A DNA stretch of 64,000 bases from Paraphysomonas bandaiensis. Lineage: Eukaryota; Protista; Chrysophyceae. The notes under the pieces are model-generated. The model did not search any database. It was given only the letters and a program-made list of their open reading frames with translations, and had not been told where the DNA came from. Below are positions 11,590-25,315 of the stretch, piece after piece (the first letter of the stretch is position 1; each line of letters starts with the position of its first letter). Made by a program: the position numbers and the translations under genes. The stretch covers positions 1 to 64,000 of the forward strand of contig CBFFRP010000080.1 of NCBI GenBank assembly GCA_965644295.1, in the 5' to 3' direction.

Positions 11590-13491
11590 ATTATTACTGT
11601 GTATTATAATAGCCAAAATATGGCCGATGTAATATAATGTGAGTCAAACTTTCCTCATTATTATGGCAATGGCAATTAGATCTGTTATATATATTCCAAC
11701 ACGTCTATACTGCCTACTAGTCTCTTCTTGTGGTGTCTCCTAAAACCCAGCAGGTCATTTAGGCTCTGGCACTGTTCTCCAGCAGTATAAGGTGTAATAG
11801 TAAGTCTAATTCTAAATCTACTCAAGAAAGAGTCGTCGGATGAAAGAGATTGAGGAGTTGCCTGAGTGCATTGATGATGGGCACTCCAGTAGCAGTTGTG
11901 AAGAGGAGGCATCATTCAGTTCTAGGAAACAGCTTCGTCAAAAGATGAGACCTCCCCGTCGAAACCGAAGCAAAGATAGGAAGAAGAGCAGGAAGAACTC
12001 CTACACAGAGAAAGTCTTCTACTGGAACACATTCATATGGCTTATGAACGTGAAAACTTCAAAGCTGAAGCCCAGCGCCTCGAGCTTGAGAACCGGAAGG
12101 AGAAGAACAAGGAATTCTGCAGAATGTTATATTGAAACATAGAGAAAAGTAGAGTGTGCATTGCATGTTTGTTGCTCTTCTGTTCAATAATTATGTGGTT
12201 TTAAGTTTATACAATGACTAGCTAGAACTAGTTTGTAGCTCATTCATGTACATAGCAATCAAAGGGTTAGTTGAGCCCATTTTTATACTGAAAATAATAT
12301 TAATTTGCAATATTAGTCAATAATATATATATCAATACAAATGCAGAGAACTATTTCTTTGCACTCTAGTAACTAGCTAGTTTTAACAAGAAGGAATGTA
12401 TATGTCAAAAATGTGGGATATTTTTTTCCTACGTTTGCATATATTGTTTACTTTATGTTTCAACCCGAAGTGCGCTAAACGAGGTCACATCCAGGAAAAG
12501 TGTCAGGTAAAACAGCCGAAATCTAGTGAAATAAACTTTGATTCTTAAGTTGAGTTTTTGATGCGTTTTGCAAAATATAAAAAATAATGTATAGTATAGG
12601 TGTGAAGGGAGCATGGTTTTCAAACGAACCTTTAAATTAAAATTATGATCAACATCTCTCATCATTCATTGTCAGTCACCATAACAGAAGTTGACATTAT
12701 TTGCTAAGGTTTACTATTCTCAAATGATAAGATGAAAATTATAAACATTACACACCCAGATCTCAACACACCAAATTCATACTCTCACCTATCACTACTA
12801 CCAAGGTAGGTAGAGTTATATTGATAAGAAATTCGGAATGGAGGAATTAGTCAATATACTGTGTGATACTAGTGCGCTTTCAGCCAATTATGTATCCAAT
12901 CATTAAATTTTATATAACTGTCGCTGAATACTGCAGTACTCTACTAGTAACAATCATATTTCGAAAACCTTTGAACACAGCTTTTAATTGCTTGCAAATA
13001 CCCAACACTCATCAGATATATATTAACTGCAGCTTTGTCCAGTTGCATACTTTTAAAAATTAGAAGCTAAGTAAGGCTTAGCAATTTCAGTTTAGATAAA
13101 AAGCAGCAAAGAGGATAACTTCGACAATAACTTTCTATTTCATATTCGTGAAAACTCTCTCAACACTCAACAGAGGCATCCTCGCTTCTTATTTAAGTTC
13201 AAATTCTTGTGGGTGAGACACATTCATTGAACTGAAGGTGCAAGTACATCTAGTTGGCCTGTGGTGACGAAAGATTTGCTCCAAATGATAGGCAGTTATA
13301 TATTGGGACTTGAAATTTCACGTTGCAAGAGTGATTTTTAGTTTCTATATAATTAGACATATATTTACAGTAGCAGATATGTTCTCAGTTGAGAGAGAAA
13401 AAAAATGTTCTTTCCCATCAGACACTTCCGTGCAACGATATCTACTACAATTAACATTGCGATACAACGAATTGGTTACTAAATGGCACGA

Positions 13492-14853
13492 TCATTTCTC
13501 TGGTGGGAACTCTTCTACTCCATTTTGAAGGGAGAATCTCCCTTTATTTTTAGGGAAAATCATAGCATCCTCGGGCCAGGGCCAGCCGCCAAAACCAGTT
13601 TTCCGGTAATCGCTAAAGGCCTGTTGTATTTCATCCGCAGTGTTCATGACAAATGGTCCATGCTGCACTACAGGATCCTTGATGCGTCGTCCTTGCAAAA
13701 CCAAGACTTCCGACATAGATCTCGCCCCCTCTTTGTTTCCAAGGCGAGCCTCCTTTCCAGCTTGCACTACCAAGGCAGTATGATCTCTGAACTCATCACC
13801 TTCAGATATGCACTGTGATCACGTACACCTGGGTCCACAGATATTGTACACGTACCGTTCACTGTGAGTGATTCCCCCTCCACAAAGTAGAGCACTCGGC
13901 TTACGTTATCACCATCATCCGCGGCTGGTAATGAAACATTTCCCCCGGGTGAAATCTGCAGAAAATATATTCCCACTTCATTTCGTGGGTCGGCGCCCCA
14001 TGAGTCCGGTGGGGGAGGTAGGCCTGTTTTTCCCCCATACGAACCAGCCCATAGGATTACCTGCAGAACATTATGGCCATGTTGTAGCAACAGTTGGGCA
14101 TACCTTAGATAAGCCATCAGGGGCTACAATTCGAGGAATATTCTCAGACCAGTGCATAGCAAATGCAGGCGGTGCCATTTTGGAGCTTTTCGGTAAGTTA
14201 AGCCATATCTGGAAAAATTTCGTAGGATTAGGGGCAGCATCATTCACTAGAGGAAACATCTCTCCGTGAACAACACCCTGACCAGCAGTCATCCATTGAA
14301 CATCGCCGTGCCCATATCTTCCGCCATTTCCAAGTGAGTCAGAGTGGTCAATGATGCCCTCTATTGTGGCAGTTACAGTCTCGAACCCTCTTCACAAGAC
14401 AAAGTGAGGTTACAGCAACACACACATAGCACACAGAAGAGCAAACGTTTACCTGTGAGGATGCTGGGGAAAACCTACAACAAGTATGAATATATTACAT
14501 GCATAACCTGAATTAGCAACCATACGCACCGGGAACCCTGTCGCCGTGATACATCCTGTACGGCTGATCCGGACCGAAGTCATGACCGTTACCGCGACGA
14601 GGAGCCTAACGACAGGAGACACCTGTTAGTCTCTCTTGTGTGTTGCGTACTTGTATACCTGCATCTTCCCGTCACCATGAGGATAATCATCCTTATGATA
14701 CACACAGAACAGGAAGGGGTCCTCAGTTCTTATCGGGAACCCCAATGGACTCGAATCAATCACTATCGAACTCATCTCACAGCTGAACGAGCGAACAGAA
14801 GGTTGTCGCAGAAATAAAGAAAAGGCAAATGCAGCAATACTCCGAACCTTCAT
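13492..14853 (-). CDS. Pirin-family protein (multi-exon, with N-terminal targeting-like extension)
   Basis: DPFLFCVYHKDDYP; GFPQHPHR|GFETVT across introns; DVQWMTAGQGVVHGEMFP; FQIWLNLP; VVQHGPFVMNT. Confidence 0.93.
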
Positions 14854-14965
14854 AGAGCACCCACCTGAAGAAACTTCCCTCCACGCACATTAACACAAGA
14901 ACAACCACACCTTTATACGACTGTATATTCGAGAATACATTTGCAAGAGTGGGAATATAGGAATC

Positions 14966-15628
14966 TATGTATGTATGTATGTATGTATGTATGTATGTAT
15001 GTATGTATGTATGTATGTATGTATGTATGTATGTATGTATGTATGTATGTATGTATGTATGTATGTATGTATGTATGTATGTATGTATGTATGTATGTAT
15101 GTATGTATGTATGTATGTATGTATGTATGTATGTATGTATGTATGTATGTATGTATGTATGTATGTATGTATGTATGTCTATGTGTATGTATGTATGTAT
15201 GTATGTATGTATGTATGTATGTATGTATGTATGTATGTATGTATGTATGTATGTATGTATGTATGTATGTATGTATGTATGTATGTATGTATGTATGTAT
15301 GTATGTATGTATGTATGTATGTATGTATGTATGTATGTATGTATGTATGTATGTATGTATGTATGTATGTATGTATGTATGTATGTATGTATGTATGTAT
15401 GTATGTATGTATGTATGTATGTATGTATGTATGTATGTATGTATGTATGTATGTATGTATGTATGTATGTATGTATGTATGTATGTATGTATGTATGTAT
15501 GTATGTATGTATGTATGTATGTATGTATGTATGTATGTATGTATGTATGTATGTATGTATGTATGTATGTATGTATGTATGTATGTATGTATGTATGTAT
15601 GTATGTATGTATGTATGTATGTATGTAT
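14966..15628. repeat. (TATG)n microsatellite, about 660 bp
   Basis: Near-perfect tetranucleotide array with one interruption near 15179-15184. Confidence 0.99.
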
Positions 15629-15813
15629 CCAGTTTCTTCTGCCGATAAAGATCTTCTACACAACACACGCACACACTAAACTACGAACATAGCAGTGCGT
15701 GCATATGATTTGCATTTGTGGGTACCCATTTAACATCCTCAACACACACTTGATAGAGCGCAGTTACCGATATAACAGTCCTTATTGTGTGAATAAACTC
15801 TTTCTTATTTCTC

Positions 15814-17087
15814 ATGGAGGTTGCTCAGAGCAAGTTGGCTGATCTGATGCGAGAGTACGCGTGTAAAGATATTCTGATAAGGCGAGCAGTGGGGGCTGTT
15901 CTTGGTGCCACAGTTGCAGATGCGGCAACAAGGTTACACTGCGCGTCGATTGAGACCAGAATTTAACCATTATTTTCAGGCCAATGCACTGGGTGTACAG
16001 TGAGGAGAGAATGAAGGAGACTGTTGGCTCGTCCACTACTCCGGAGTTCTGGCCGGTTAATTGTAGCCCCTTTTATTCTTTGCCTCTTGGTCGAAGATCT
16101 TGCTACAACGATGAGGCACTGACTATGCTACAAAGTCTTCCAAGTACACTGTCTGAGGTGTTTAAAAAAGACGCTTACGTTAATCAACTCCGTGATCGCT
16201 TTTCGCCTGAATCAGATTACGCTATGGCTCTTGCAGCGCGAAAAGAGAAATATGACTCGTCACAGCGGTACAAAGAACGGGAACCTGTGGTAGGACCGTG
16301 GGAGAATCAGTCGATTCAGTGTTTTTTGGAGAAAGACGCTGCCGGTGAGAGCACCACAGGAATTCTTGATGTACATGAGGCAGATGGATTTATATCCGTA
16401 ATCCCTCTTATCGCCAGGTAGGATTACAGAGAGCGAGATTCTTGTGTTTACTATGACGTACACTGAACCAGGCTGGCCATGTATAATAACGGGTCTGCGT
16501 TGTCGCCAGATTCTATTGTACTCATCGAATCTTTTATAAAAGTTCTGTCGGCAAGCGATGTCGCAGTAAATCATGCTGTCGTGATGACTCGGGTTCTCTA
16601 TGACCTCATCAGTAACACAAATCAAATGACAAATGATTCGATATCACGAAGCCTTACGCGGGATATTGTTTCGCGTGCTGTCTCGGCATCGGCTCTTCCA
16701 CCTGTGGAGGGGGAATTCAGCGCTGTGCTGGACTACTTAAGTAGCATAGACTCAAAAGAGAATGTAAAGAACGATTCAAATAATGTGCTATTTGCAGATG
16801 GGTTTGTAGAAGCCATTTCCAGTTTTGGCAAAGCCTGCTCCTTTCCAGGAACATTTCAGGGGGCTATGTTAACGACTCTATATAGTTCCTCTTTTGTAGA
16901 AGGTGTGCGGAGAAATATTGTGGCTGGGGGTTGTAACTGCTCAAGAGCAAACACTGCTGGTGCTTGCATGGGTGCAATATATGGGATCGGGGGAGAGAGT
17001 GGAATACCTTTAGAATGGATTTTGCAAACTGATGTGGGAACAGCGGTATTTGAAATGGCAATGGAAAAGCTGACCCCAGGAGAGTAA
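15814..17087 (+). CDS. ADP-ribosylglycohydrolase family, crystallin J1/selenoprotein J-like, Cys form (introns ~15933-15979, ~16418-16471)
   Basis: RRAVGAVLGATVADAATR|PMHWVY; KACSFPGTFQGA; VRRNIVAGGCNCSR; GAIYGIGGESGIPLEWI. Confidence 0.88.
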
Positions 17088-17652
17088 ATATTACAATCAG
17101 AATCATATCGTCGCGCATTGTGGTGATCGTAAAGCATATTTTAGTGCAATGATTAGGGAAGTACATCCTTCGCATTTGACAATATTGTCAGGTTGTGTTT
17201 CGTTAATAATTTCGTATTCGAATGTAGTAAGTCGATAATGAAGTTGAAATTCGACATAATATTACTGGCGTAAACCTTAGATTTGCTTTGTTACACACAG
17301 TGCTTGATTCTCAGATGCGCACTTCCAAGAAAGAGCTTCAAATATTCGTGTAGCATCTGGTGAACATAATATGTTTATCATATGTTCACATGTCTACCCT
17401 CTACCACCATAAATATTCTGCTTACAATCCAATTATCAATATTTTGACTTCCTCGCTTTGCGGGATTAACACTCTACCAGCCTCTTGTAAACTTTCGTTC
17501 TAACTTCCCTGCTTGCGCCGAACTAGTAGTTCAGCGACTTATTAGTCCAACTGTCCTTACATTAATACAGGAATGCCAGTAACTTCTGATATTCACTTAT
17601 GTTATTTCTCCCTGTTTAAAATAGGTTTATCATCAAGACATACATGTCATTT

Positions 17653-18916
17653 TTCAACGCTACGGACACAATCCCGACCGGGCACCTGGATATTGGACAG
17701 ATAGCGGGGCACTACTTCCGCGCAAACTGGCACAAGCAGATACTGGTCCATCCAAGGATAAAGATAGTTCTCAACTACGCCTGAGAGTGCCCAATATGCA
17801 AAATTGACGTGGGACAAATCTTTCAGCATTGGGAGAAACCGGGCTAAAACCAAACACAGGCTCGACCTGGCCAAAGCCGCATGCTCTGACTGCGGATTTC
17901 GACTAGACTCACTCAAGCACATGTGTCTAGACTGCACAAATGACGCCATCACTGAGATACGGGAGACGGTATTTCGCAGCCACAAAAACACGCTTCAAGA
18001 GACACTGAGAAATCAGGACCTACCCCACTGGACCACCAATGCGCTACAGCGGCTTTCCAGAAGAGCCTGGAACCCCTCCTTCCCACAGGTGGAGAGATTC
18101 TGGACAGGCACCATCACCACTGTACAACTTGAGACGGTCTTTGGAGATCACATCCATGAGTCCCTGACACCTCTAGGTCTGCGCAACCTTGAATCAGCGG
18201 TCATCAGCCTACTTCTCCCGCTTTTTGCTGCAGCAAAGCTCATGATCCAAGATCGCAGTCGACGATACATTACCCTACAAAAAGTACCCCCTAAGCTACT
18301 CCCGCGACTGCGTCAAACACGTAGACAGTAATGGAAACGCCCTAGAGTGCTACGATTACTAGGAGTCCGCAGACGACCAGAGACTGGACCATCGCCCACC
18401 GCACACACGAATCCTACCTCTCATATCCACAGGACCATATCACCGGCCCCCATGAAACCTTCAGGCCCCAGACAACGACGCCGTCTTCGGCAACTCCACC
18501 TATGCCTGACGCCCAAACGGTGCACTGAGACAACGCCACATTCCACCACACCACCCACCTCTCAGCACACTCATTTAGCACTCGGTACACTCACAGGACC
18601 TTAATACAGTACCCTGTACCTCAAAGCCTGGTGGAATCTCATCCCAAGGGGAGACCCTCTGACAACACGCGCCAGTGAGTCCTAGGACACACGATCATGG
18701 CGAAACTCACAATCAACATTAAGTGGTCGCTTGGTGCTTGCGGCGACGCACAAGAAGCTTCTGTAGCGCTAAATATAGTAGGATAACAGAATTTGTGCTG
18801 ATTAGTTATGGGTAGCGGTCTAACTAGTATATATGTCTAGCATTCAACTAGCCACTACATCGGTGCAGGTTTTTAACGCCTACTATTGCTAAATAATAAG
18901 ACTTTTAATATATTAT
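17653..18916 (+). mobile_element. 5'-truncated non-LTR retrotransposon (LINE) with 13-bp TSD
   Basis: TSD atacatgtcattt at 17640-17652 and 18917-18929; ORF 17804-18331 carries a C-terminal CCHC knuckle (CSDCGFRLDSLKHMCLDC) typical of LINE ORF2; GC-rich against AT-rich flanks; 3' tail shared with dispersed repeats. Confidence 0.85.
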
Positions 18917-18974
18917 ATACATGTCATTTAAATACCTGAGGTATTAAGCCGCACAGTTGTGAATTCGTGAATGC

Positions 18975-19215
18975 CTTATTATTAGCAATATAGGCGTTTA
19001 AGAGTCAGTGCTTAACTCTGATAATATCCTACTATTTAATGCTACGCAAGGTACAACCACTTTTTTGCTCTATCCCTGAAAGCAAACGCAGTGAGCAAGC
19101 AGAATGTTGATATACCTGACACCATCTGCTGACTTCAGGATTCTTGAGTCCTTAAGGGGAACAGCCCGGATGCTTGACTTCAGCAGGCAGTCTAATACCC
19201 CGGATGCCTGTTTAT
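18975..19215 (-). mobile_element. SINE-like family copy (3' part)
   Basis: Matches 26005-26280 and the reverse complement of 59690-59945. Confidence 0.85.
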
Positions 19216-19230
19216 TCTATTGAGTTTTGC

Positions 19231-19331
19231 TGTTTGAGAGCAATTATTAAAAACTGTAGTTAAATATATTTGAATTATATTGTTTGAGAGCAATAATTAT
19301 TAAAAACTGTAGTTAAATATATTTGAATTAT
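19231..19331. repeat. 50-bp tandem duplication
   Basis: tgtttgagagcaattattaaaaactgtagttaaatatatttgaattat twice; the second copy has an extra 3 nt. Confidence 0.9.
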
Positions 19332-19344
19332 GGCCCTCTGTACA

Positions 19345-19905
19345 TTGTTCTGGGGGATAAAAGTACCGGAGAGTTTTCTCCGGGAATGTATCGTGCCACA
19401 TAATAATATATAGTCAGCTGATAACCTTCTGCCTACTCATAGTCAAATACTTGTGTGGTACGAGGGACATTATAATATTAGTGTCACTTGTGTATAGATA
19501 CGTCATTGGGCCCTGGCTAATAAACAGTCATCTAGGAGTGAGCCCACCTCAAAGGCATCCGGGGTATTGGGCTGCCTGCTGAAGTCAATCATCCGGACTG
19601 TTCACCTAAAGGGCAGAGAGAGAAAGTGAATGCACCTTGGTGCTTTCGGTGACGCACAAGTAGCTTTCGTACCGCCTAATAGTAGTATAATATCATAGTT
19701 AAGCACTAGTTAGTTAAATTGTTTTGCTACATTAGATCAGGGCCTGGTAATCATTAATGGCCCATTAATGGTAGTCCGGTTACCGGCAATTATAATGGCA
19801 TTAATTAAAAATGTCCCGGCAATTATAATGGCATTATCATTAATGGCCCATTAATGGTTACCAGGCCCTGCATTAGATCTGACTCTTACACGCCTATTAA
19901 TAATC
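19345..19905 (+). mobile_element. SINE-like family copy interrupted by a hAT MITE
   Basis: Head ttctgggggataaaagtaccggag, body as in 59053-59555 (reverse complement), tail resumes after 19878 (ctgactcttacacgcctatt). Confidence 0.85.
19738..19870. mobile_element. hAT-type MITE, 133 bp
   Basis: TIRs cagggcctggtaa(t/c)cattaatgg; perfect 8-bp TSD cattagat (19730-19737, 19871-19878). Confidence 0.92.
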
Positions 19906-20530
19906 AAACATTCATTACAAACAATTTTAGGGAAGGCGTAATGATGAATCAACTTACAGAAGTATATCATCAAACAACACTCCAAGAAATGTTTTGTTCT
20001 TCGTATTATGACGAAGAAGGCCAGGATGATGCCAATACACCAGTGCAATTTATCTATCTCCAAATGAGAATATTGCAATTATACTTCACGCCTTTGGCTG
20101 ACAAGCAGTACACCACATACCACATGCCCTAAGAGTTCGATTCCCACCGAAATTAAAACAGTGGAAACTAACATGTTTTACGTCACAACACTGATATTAT
20201 TATCTCAGAAAGCAATTCAATCAACACCACGATGTATTATTCTAATTCCAAACTCAACCACATGAATGGGAAAAGAGGCAAAAAACAATATATTAACTGC
20301 TCAAGATCATGGACGTACTAACAGTGCCCTTGACGAATGTCACAAACAAAAACTTTTCTTGCCTTATGTGAAAAAAATACAACAGCGAACAATGTATTGA
20401 AATTCACATAACAGTTGCATAATCGTTTCTGCATCATTAGTACCCACTGTAACATAAAATAACAGACGCATGTAGTATATTTCTTTGCATACGATGAAAA
20501 AAGCTACCACATATGATGTTAAATTACTGA

Positions 20531-23147
20531 CTATGAGTTGTCGCCATCGGCTTCTGCGCAGCCATCAATATCAGCTGAATACGAGCTACCTCTGACAGAT
20601 TGACTATGGAGCTGGGGAGGGCGTGGTGACGATGGCAGAGGCTTACTGCGACCATTTGAAGGTCCCGAGGTAGGATATGTAAATGGCGCCTGTGGATATT
20701 GGCTCTGCTGTTGCATCGCGGAATAATTCACTAAGGAGGACGTTGCAGGGGCATAGGCACCTTGGGAGGCATTAATCATTGAAAGGCCCATTGCTACTGG
20801 CACTTGAGGAGGGCATCCAGATGTGGGAGAGAGGTGGTGTGAAGGGGGTACCACACCACTGTGTCCTTGAAATGGGGGTACTAGATATGACCCAGATGAT
20901 GTTGCCGCAACGGTCATAGGGGTTCCCATAACCTGCACCGGTCGGTGGGAGGGATTATCTCCACCGTACCTGGATGTCATCGGTGGACCATAGCTCGGAT
21001 GCTGATAGCCGTTGCCACCAGTCATCATCAGTCCAGACATATGTTGAGAGGGTTCCCATGAGGCTGCGTTGACATTATTCCCGGCTCGGCCAACTGCGAC
21101 CTGGTGATGAAAGGACTGGGGGAAATATCCATATCCTGGGCCCCCATTACTATGATGGGTTGGTGGTACGGGGACGTACTGCTGACATGAGGGGTTATAT
21201 CCTCCATTACTACCTTTACCATGTCCGTTACTTGTCCCACTGGCAGAAAAACTGTGTGAAGTGCGACCGGACGAGAACTTTCGTCCCCCATGATCAGTGT
21301 TTCGAATATCTCGCCCTCCGAACTTGTTGCCACCCTGCTTACTCCGAAAACCTCCTCGACGATGTGACTCCATGGTGGCCATCTCTCTGAACCAATCTGG
21401 GATTTCCTGTACATTACTCAGGTGAAGCAAATACATTTATACACGAATGCTTTAACTACCTGGTCATTTTCCTCAAGAAGGTTAAGAATAAGATGCGCTA
21501 CTCGTCCATTTCCCTCTCCTGTCTCCCTTCCAGGAACAAAGAGAGAAGTAGCAAGTCCCTGGTGGCCGGCCCGACCTGTTCGTCCCATTCGATGGATATA
21601 AGTGTCGAACTCGTCCGGGGAAAGAGGTAAATCAAACTGAATCACATGCGCAACATCCGCTATATCTAGACCTCGGGCGGCGACATCTGTCCCCACCAGA
21701 ACCCGTACCTGCCCATCTCTGAACCGGCGCAAAGAAGCTTCACGTTGCTGTTGATTCTTATCACTATGAATATCATCCACTCGTACACGACACTGGTACC
21801 GCAAAGTCTCACACAGCCAGGAGGCTGTGCGTTTCTTTTGAACAAACACAAGAGTTCTTCCTGGGGTCGCCTGAATTGCGTCAAGAGTCAGACGAAGTTT
21901 CACAGAGGGATCGGAAGATGCAAGCACCACCCGTTGAGTGATGTTTTCCACAGTGGAACCAACGCGGCCAACGCCCACCCAAACATACTCCGCAAGAAAT
22001 TCTGCGGCCAACTTCTGAATATCCTCTTTAAAGGTAGCGGAGAACATGAGCGTCTGGCGGGAACCCTTGGGTGGCATGTCGCGCAGCAGGACAATTTCTC
22101 GAATTTGGGGCTCGAAACCCATATCTAACATGCGGTCTGCTTCATCCAGAATGAGGCATTTCACCTAATCAGTACGATGAGGCCAGCAAGAATATTACAA
22201 CCACAAAAAGATTTAGGAAGGCAAGTTGATATTTTATAGATGTAATATCCATGCACTGGGGTACAGTACCTGAGATAGAGATATAATTCCCCTGTCGACT
22301 ATATCGATCAGTCGTCCTGGAGTCGCCACAATAATGTCACATCCAAAAGACAGGTCAGAAAGCTGATTTTTTATCTCGGATCCGCCATAGAGGACCAAGG
22401 ACCTCAGCTGTGACCCAAAAGATAACTTTCTCGACTCGAGGTGAATTTGTGCGGCCAGTTCACGGGTAGGGGCGAGCACTACGGCCAGAGGATGTACACC
22501 TTCGTTATCAATACTCATTTCATATCTGCACCAACCAAACAATTACAACATCCAAAATATAGCAGCAGCTTCCGGTGGGGGTAATACCTGGGCGAAGCAT
22601 TCGGAGCAGGGATGTCAGGTAGCATTGCGTGCAAGGATGATATCATAGGTAAAAGGAAGGCACATGTTTTCCCCGATCCCTGTGTCAATATAAAGCAGTT
22701 CAACTGATGTGCACAATCTCTTACCGTTTGAGCTGAACACATCAGGTCTCTGTTATGCAATGCAAGTGGTATCGCATATTTCTGTATCGGAGTCGGCACA
22801 TCATATTTCATACGGTGGATATTGGAGACCAAGAAATCCGGTAGAGATTCATTCAGCTCTTCAAATGACGATATGGGAGAAATCTCATCGGCGCCTGGTC
22901 CTGACTTCTCGACAGGAATAGATTCGTATGAATCAAATTTAATACCGACCGTTCCCTGTGACCCGAACAGCATGCTCTCCTCTCGTTCTCTCGGCAGAGA
23001 CGGGGGTCTATTCCTGTGTCTGCAGTTCCTTTCAACTAGAGACCAGAAGTAATCCGTCTCTTTCTCCATCTTCCTCTGGGTGAACTCCTCCTGCACACCG
23101 CGGCGAAATATTTTGCGCTCCGCATTGCTCGCAAACTGGAAGTGCAT
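20531..23147 (-). CDS. DEAD-box RNA helicase, DED1/DDX3-like, with long G/P/S/Q-rich C-terminal tail (multi-exon; start uncertain)
   Basis: PTPIQKYAIP, AQT|GSGKT, APTRELA, LDEADRMLDMGFEPQIR, SAT, DVAARGLD, HRMGRTGRAG. Confidence 0.93.
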
Positions 23148-24788
23148 GACTCCACCCTTATTAGCAGCGGGCTACACAGCCATGTATATATTATTGATAG
23201 GTGAGTAGTAATAAGTATTGAGGGGTGTTTGATAAGGGTATAAGGAGCAAAGATCGCATTCGATGGGGTTAGTATTAATTTGTTTTCAGTATCATCGTCG
23301 ACCCATCCCATTATAGCACTTCGTCCGCACATTTCGCACCACATTTTATCCACTTCACTCTTATGACCCCCACTGACAGCGACTATGATCTGTACATCGT
23401 ACACTTCAATATGAAGGGTTCAAAAACCCTCAACAAAATCACACTTCATTTTTTTTTGCAGTCGAAATCCCAGGATGACGTGGTGTACAATTGGACAGTA
23501 CGAGCAGCACATATCCTGTCCGGTTATATGATTGAGTGGTTGCAGTGAGCAATCTCCAACAAATATTGGATGGCAGAGATTGATTGCAGCAGACCACTGA
23601 TGCTCAGCTGTTGGATACGACCAGAACAAACTCAGAGTAGCTCCTATTCGGCGGTGTTTCATAATTGGTGACAGTGTTATTGGTTTAGTGGATGAGTAGA
23701 TCAGTGTATCCTTATAGAGACTGATGGAACGATATGATAGTGTGGTTGTTGTAACACTTACGCGGCTATAGTTTGAAGGAATTTTCACAACGTAAGTATG
23801 TACTATAATTCTGAAATATTCACCATTCATCCGCACATTGTATCTCCATGCTGCTTAAGACTCCTTTGCAAGTGTGGTCATTTTTATGTGCTAGAGAAAT
23901 TGTCATGTCTTTATAGTTGGACTGTGTATGTACTTTCCATATTCAGCCCTGGTGGATATGATACATCGTGAAACTATCAACATATTGTTTGTACTCACAG
24001 ATTATATCAGGTTGATACTATATGGGTGATTAAATCCAGTGAACTGGTGCTGGAAATAGGGACCATGTCAGGCCATTACCTTGGGCTGTTATGTGACTGT
24101 TTTCGTGCAGTTAAAGAAATAGAAAGGTGCTATTTTGTCATCGTTCTCTTGTCAAGGAGAGTGTATATTACCAAATGAGGAACTTCTGTCTCCCATATGA
24201 GTGATATGGATACAACATAATTGTATTATGCTATGGACTGTAAAATATAGTCGAAATGATTTCCAGAAGCAGAAATGGGTTAATATAATATGCCTCTGTG
24301 AAAATAGTTAATTCTAATCAAAGGAGGAGAATATTTTTAGCTTGCTTTGTTGATAATAGTTTTAGATCAGTTAGTAGTGTATAAATGTAGACATCATTGC
24401 CCACCTGCAATCGGGCAGAGAGAAAGGACTACACACTTTGTGGGTATTAGGTAGCCAACAAAGTCAATGTTATACACATTACTCAGGAATGTTCGTTCCC
24501 AAATTGAGAAATAAGGGCAGAACTTGAGGTCAGTAAATTTGAGGATTCGTAAATGGTGTGACCGTAGACTTAGTTTATAAATTCTGGACAATATCTCAGA
24601 TATTTAATTAAACCTGTAGTGAAAACAGGTCGTCACTATAAATCATGGGATTAGCTTCAATCTAGTTAATTTTCAGTTTAAATACCTTGTCAAATGTCTC
24701 ACACTGTGTTGGCAAATAGCTGTTCATCACAAGAAGGCCAATGTCCCTCAAACTGATGCAGCATAGCTGGTGGAAATTCAGTATTTAC

Positions 24789-24999
24789 CAGGGCTGCGTA
24801 TCAAATTAATTGACGCAGGTTGTAGGTTGTAGTCAATTATAATTGCAATTATTACTTGCTGTCTCAATTTCAATTATTGCAATTAATTGACAATTAATTG
24901 AAGTGAGCTGGAGTCAATTATAATTGCAATTATGATTTGTTGTCCCAATTTAAATTGTTGCAATTTTAATAATTGACTATTAATTGATACGCAGCCCTG
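24789..24999. mobile_element. hAT-type MITE, 211 bp
   Basis: TIRs cagggctgcgtatcaa/ttgatacgcagccctg; perfect 8-bp TSD gtatttac; internal caatta/taattg repeats. Confidence 0.92.
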
Positions 25000-25315
25000 G
25001 TATTTACGAAAAGAGAGAGAGAGGTGGAGAGCAGCATGAGCCCAGGTAGGTATAAAATATCTATCACAAAGTATACATAGGTCGTCGATGGGAGTCCCAG
25101 TGCAGTTCTTAACCAAAGAACAAAGCACATTATCCGAGGACAAGTTGTCGATTACATATATTATACCCATTGCTGATATCATCGAGCCATTAACTATATA
25201 TATTATATAGCATGATTGTAATCTACAACTAGTGATTCATTCGTTTTTAATGAATTTAGATACGCATATATATACCCAATACCCACGCACCTTCTACAAA
25301 TTGTAGATAGCCAAT

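Noticed and set aside
14913-15692. YIHT/MYVC repeat ORFs, also at 61537-62055
   Set aside because: Stop-free frames of the TATG microsatellite
23180-24780. Possible plus-strand multi-exon gene divergent from the helicase (splice-like signals, LVLEIGT motif)
   Set aside because: Could not assemble a consistent open reading frame by eye; needs RNA-seq
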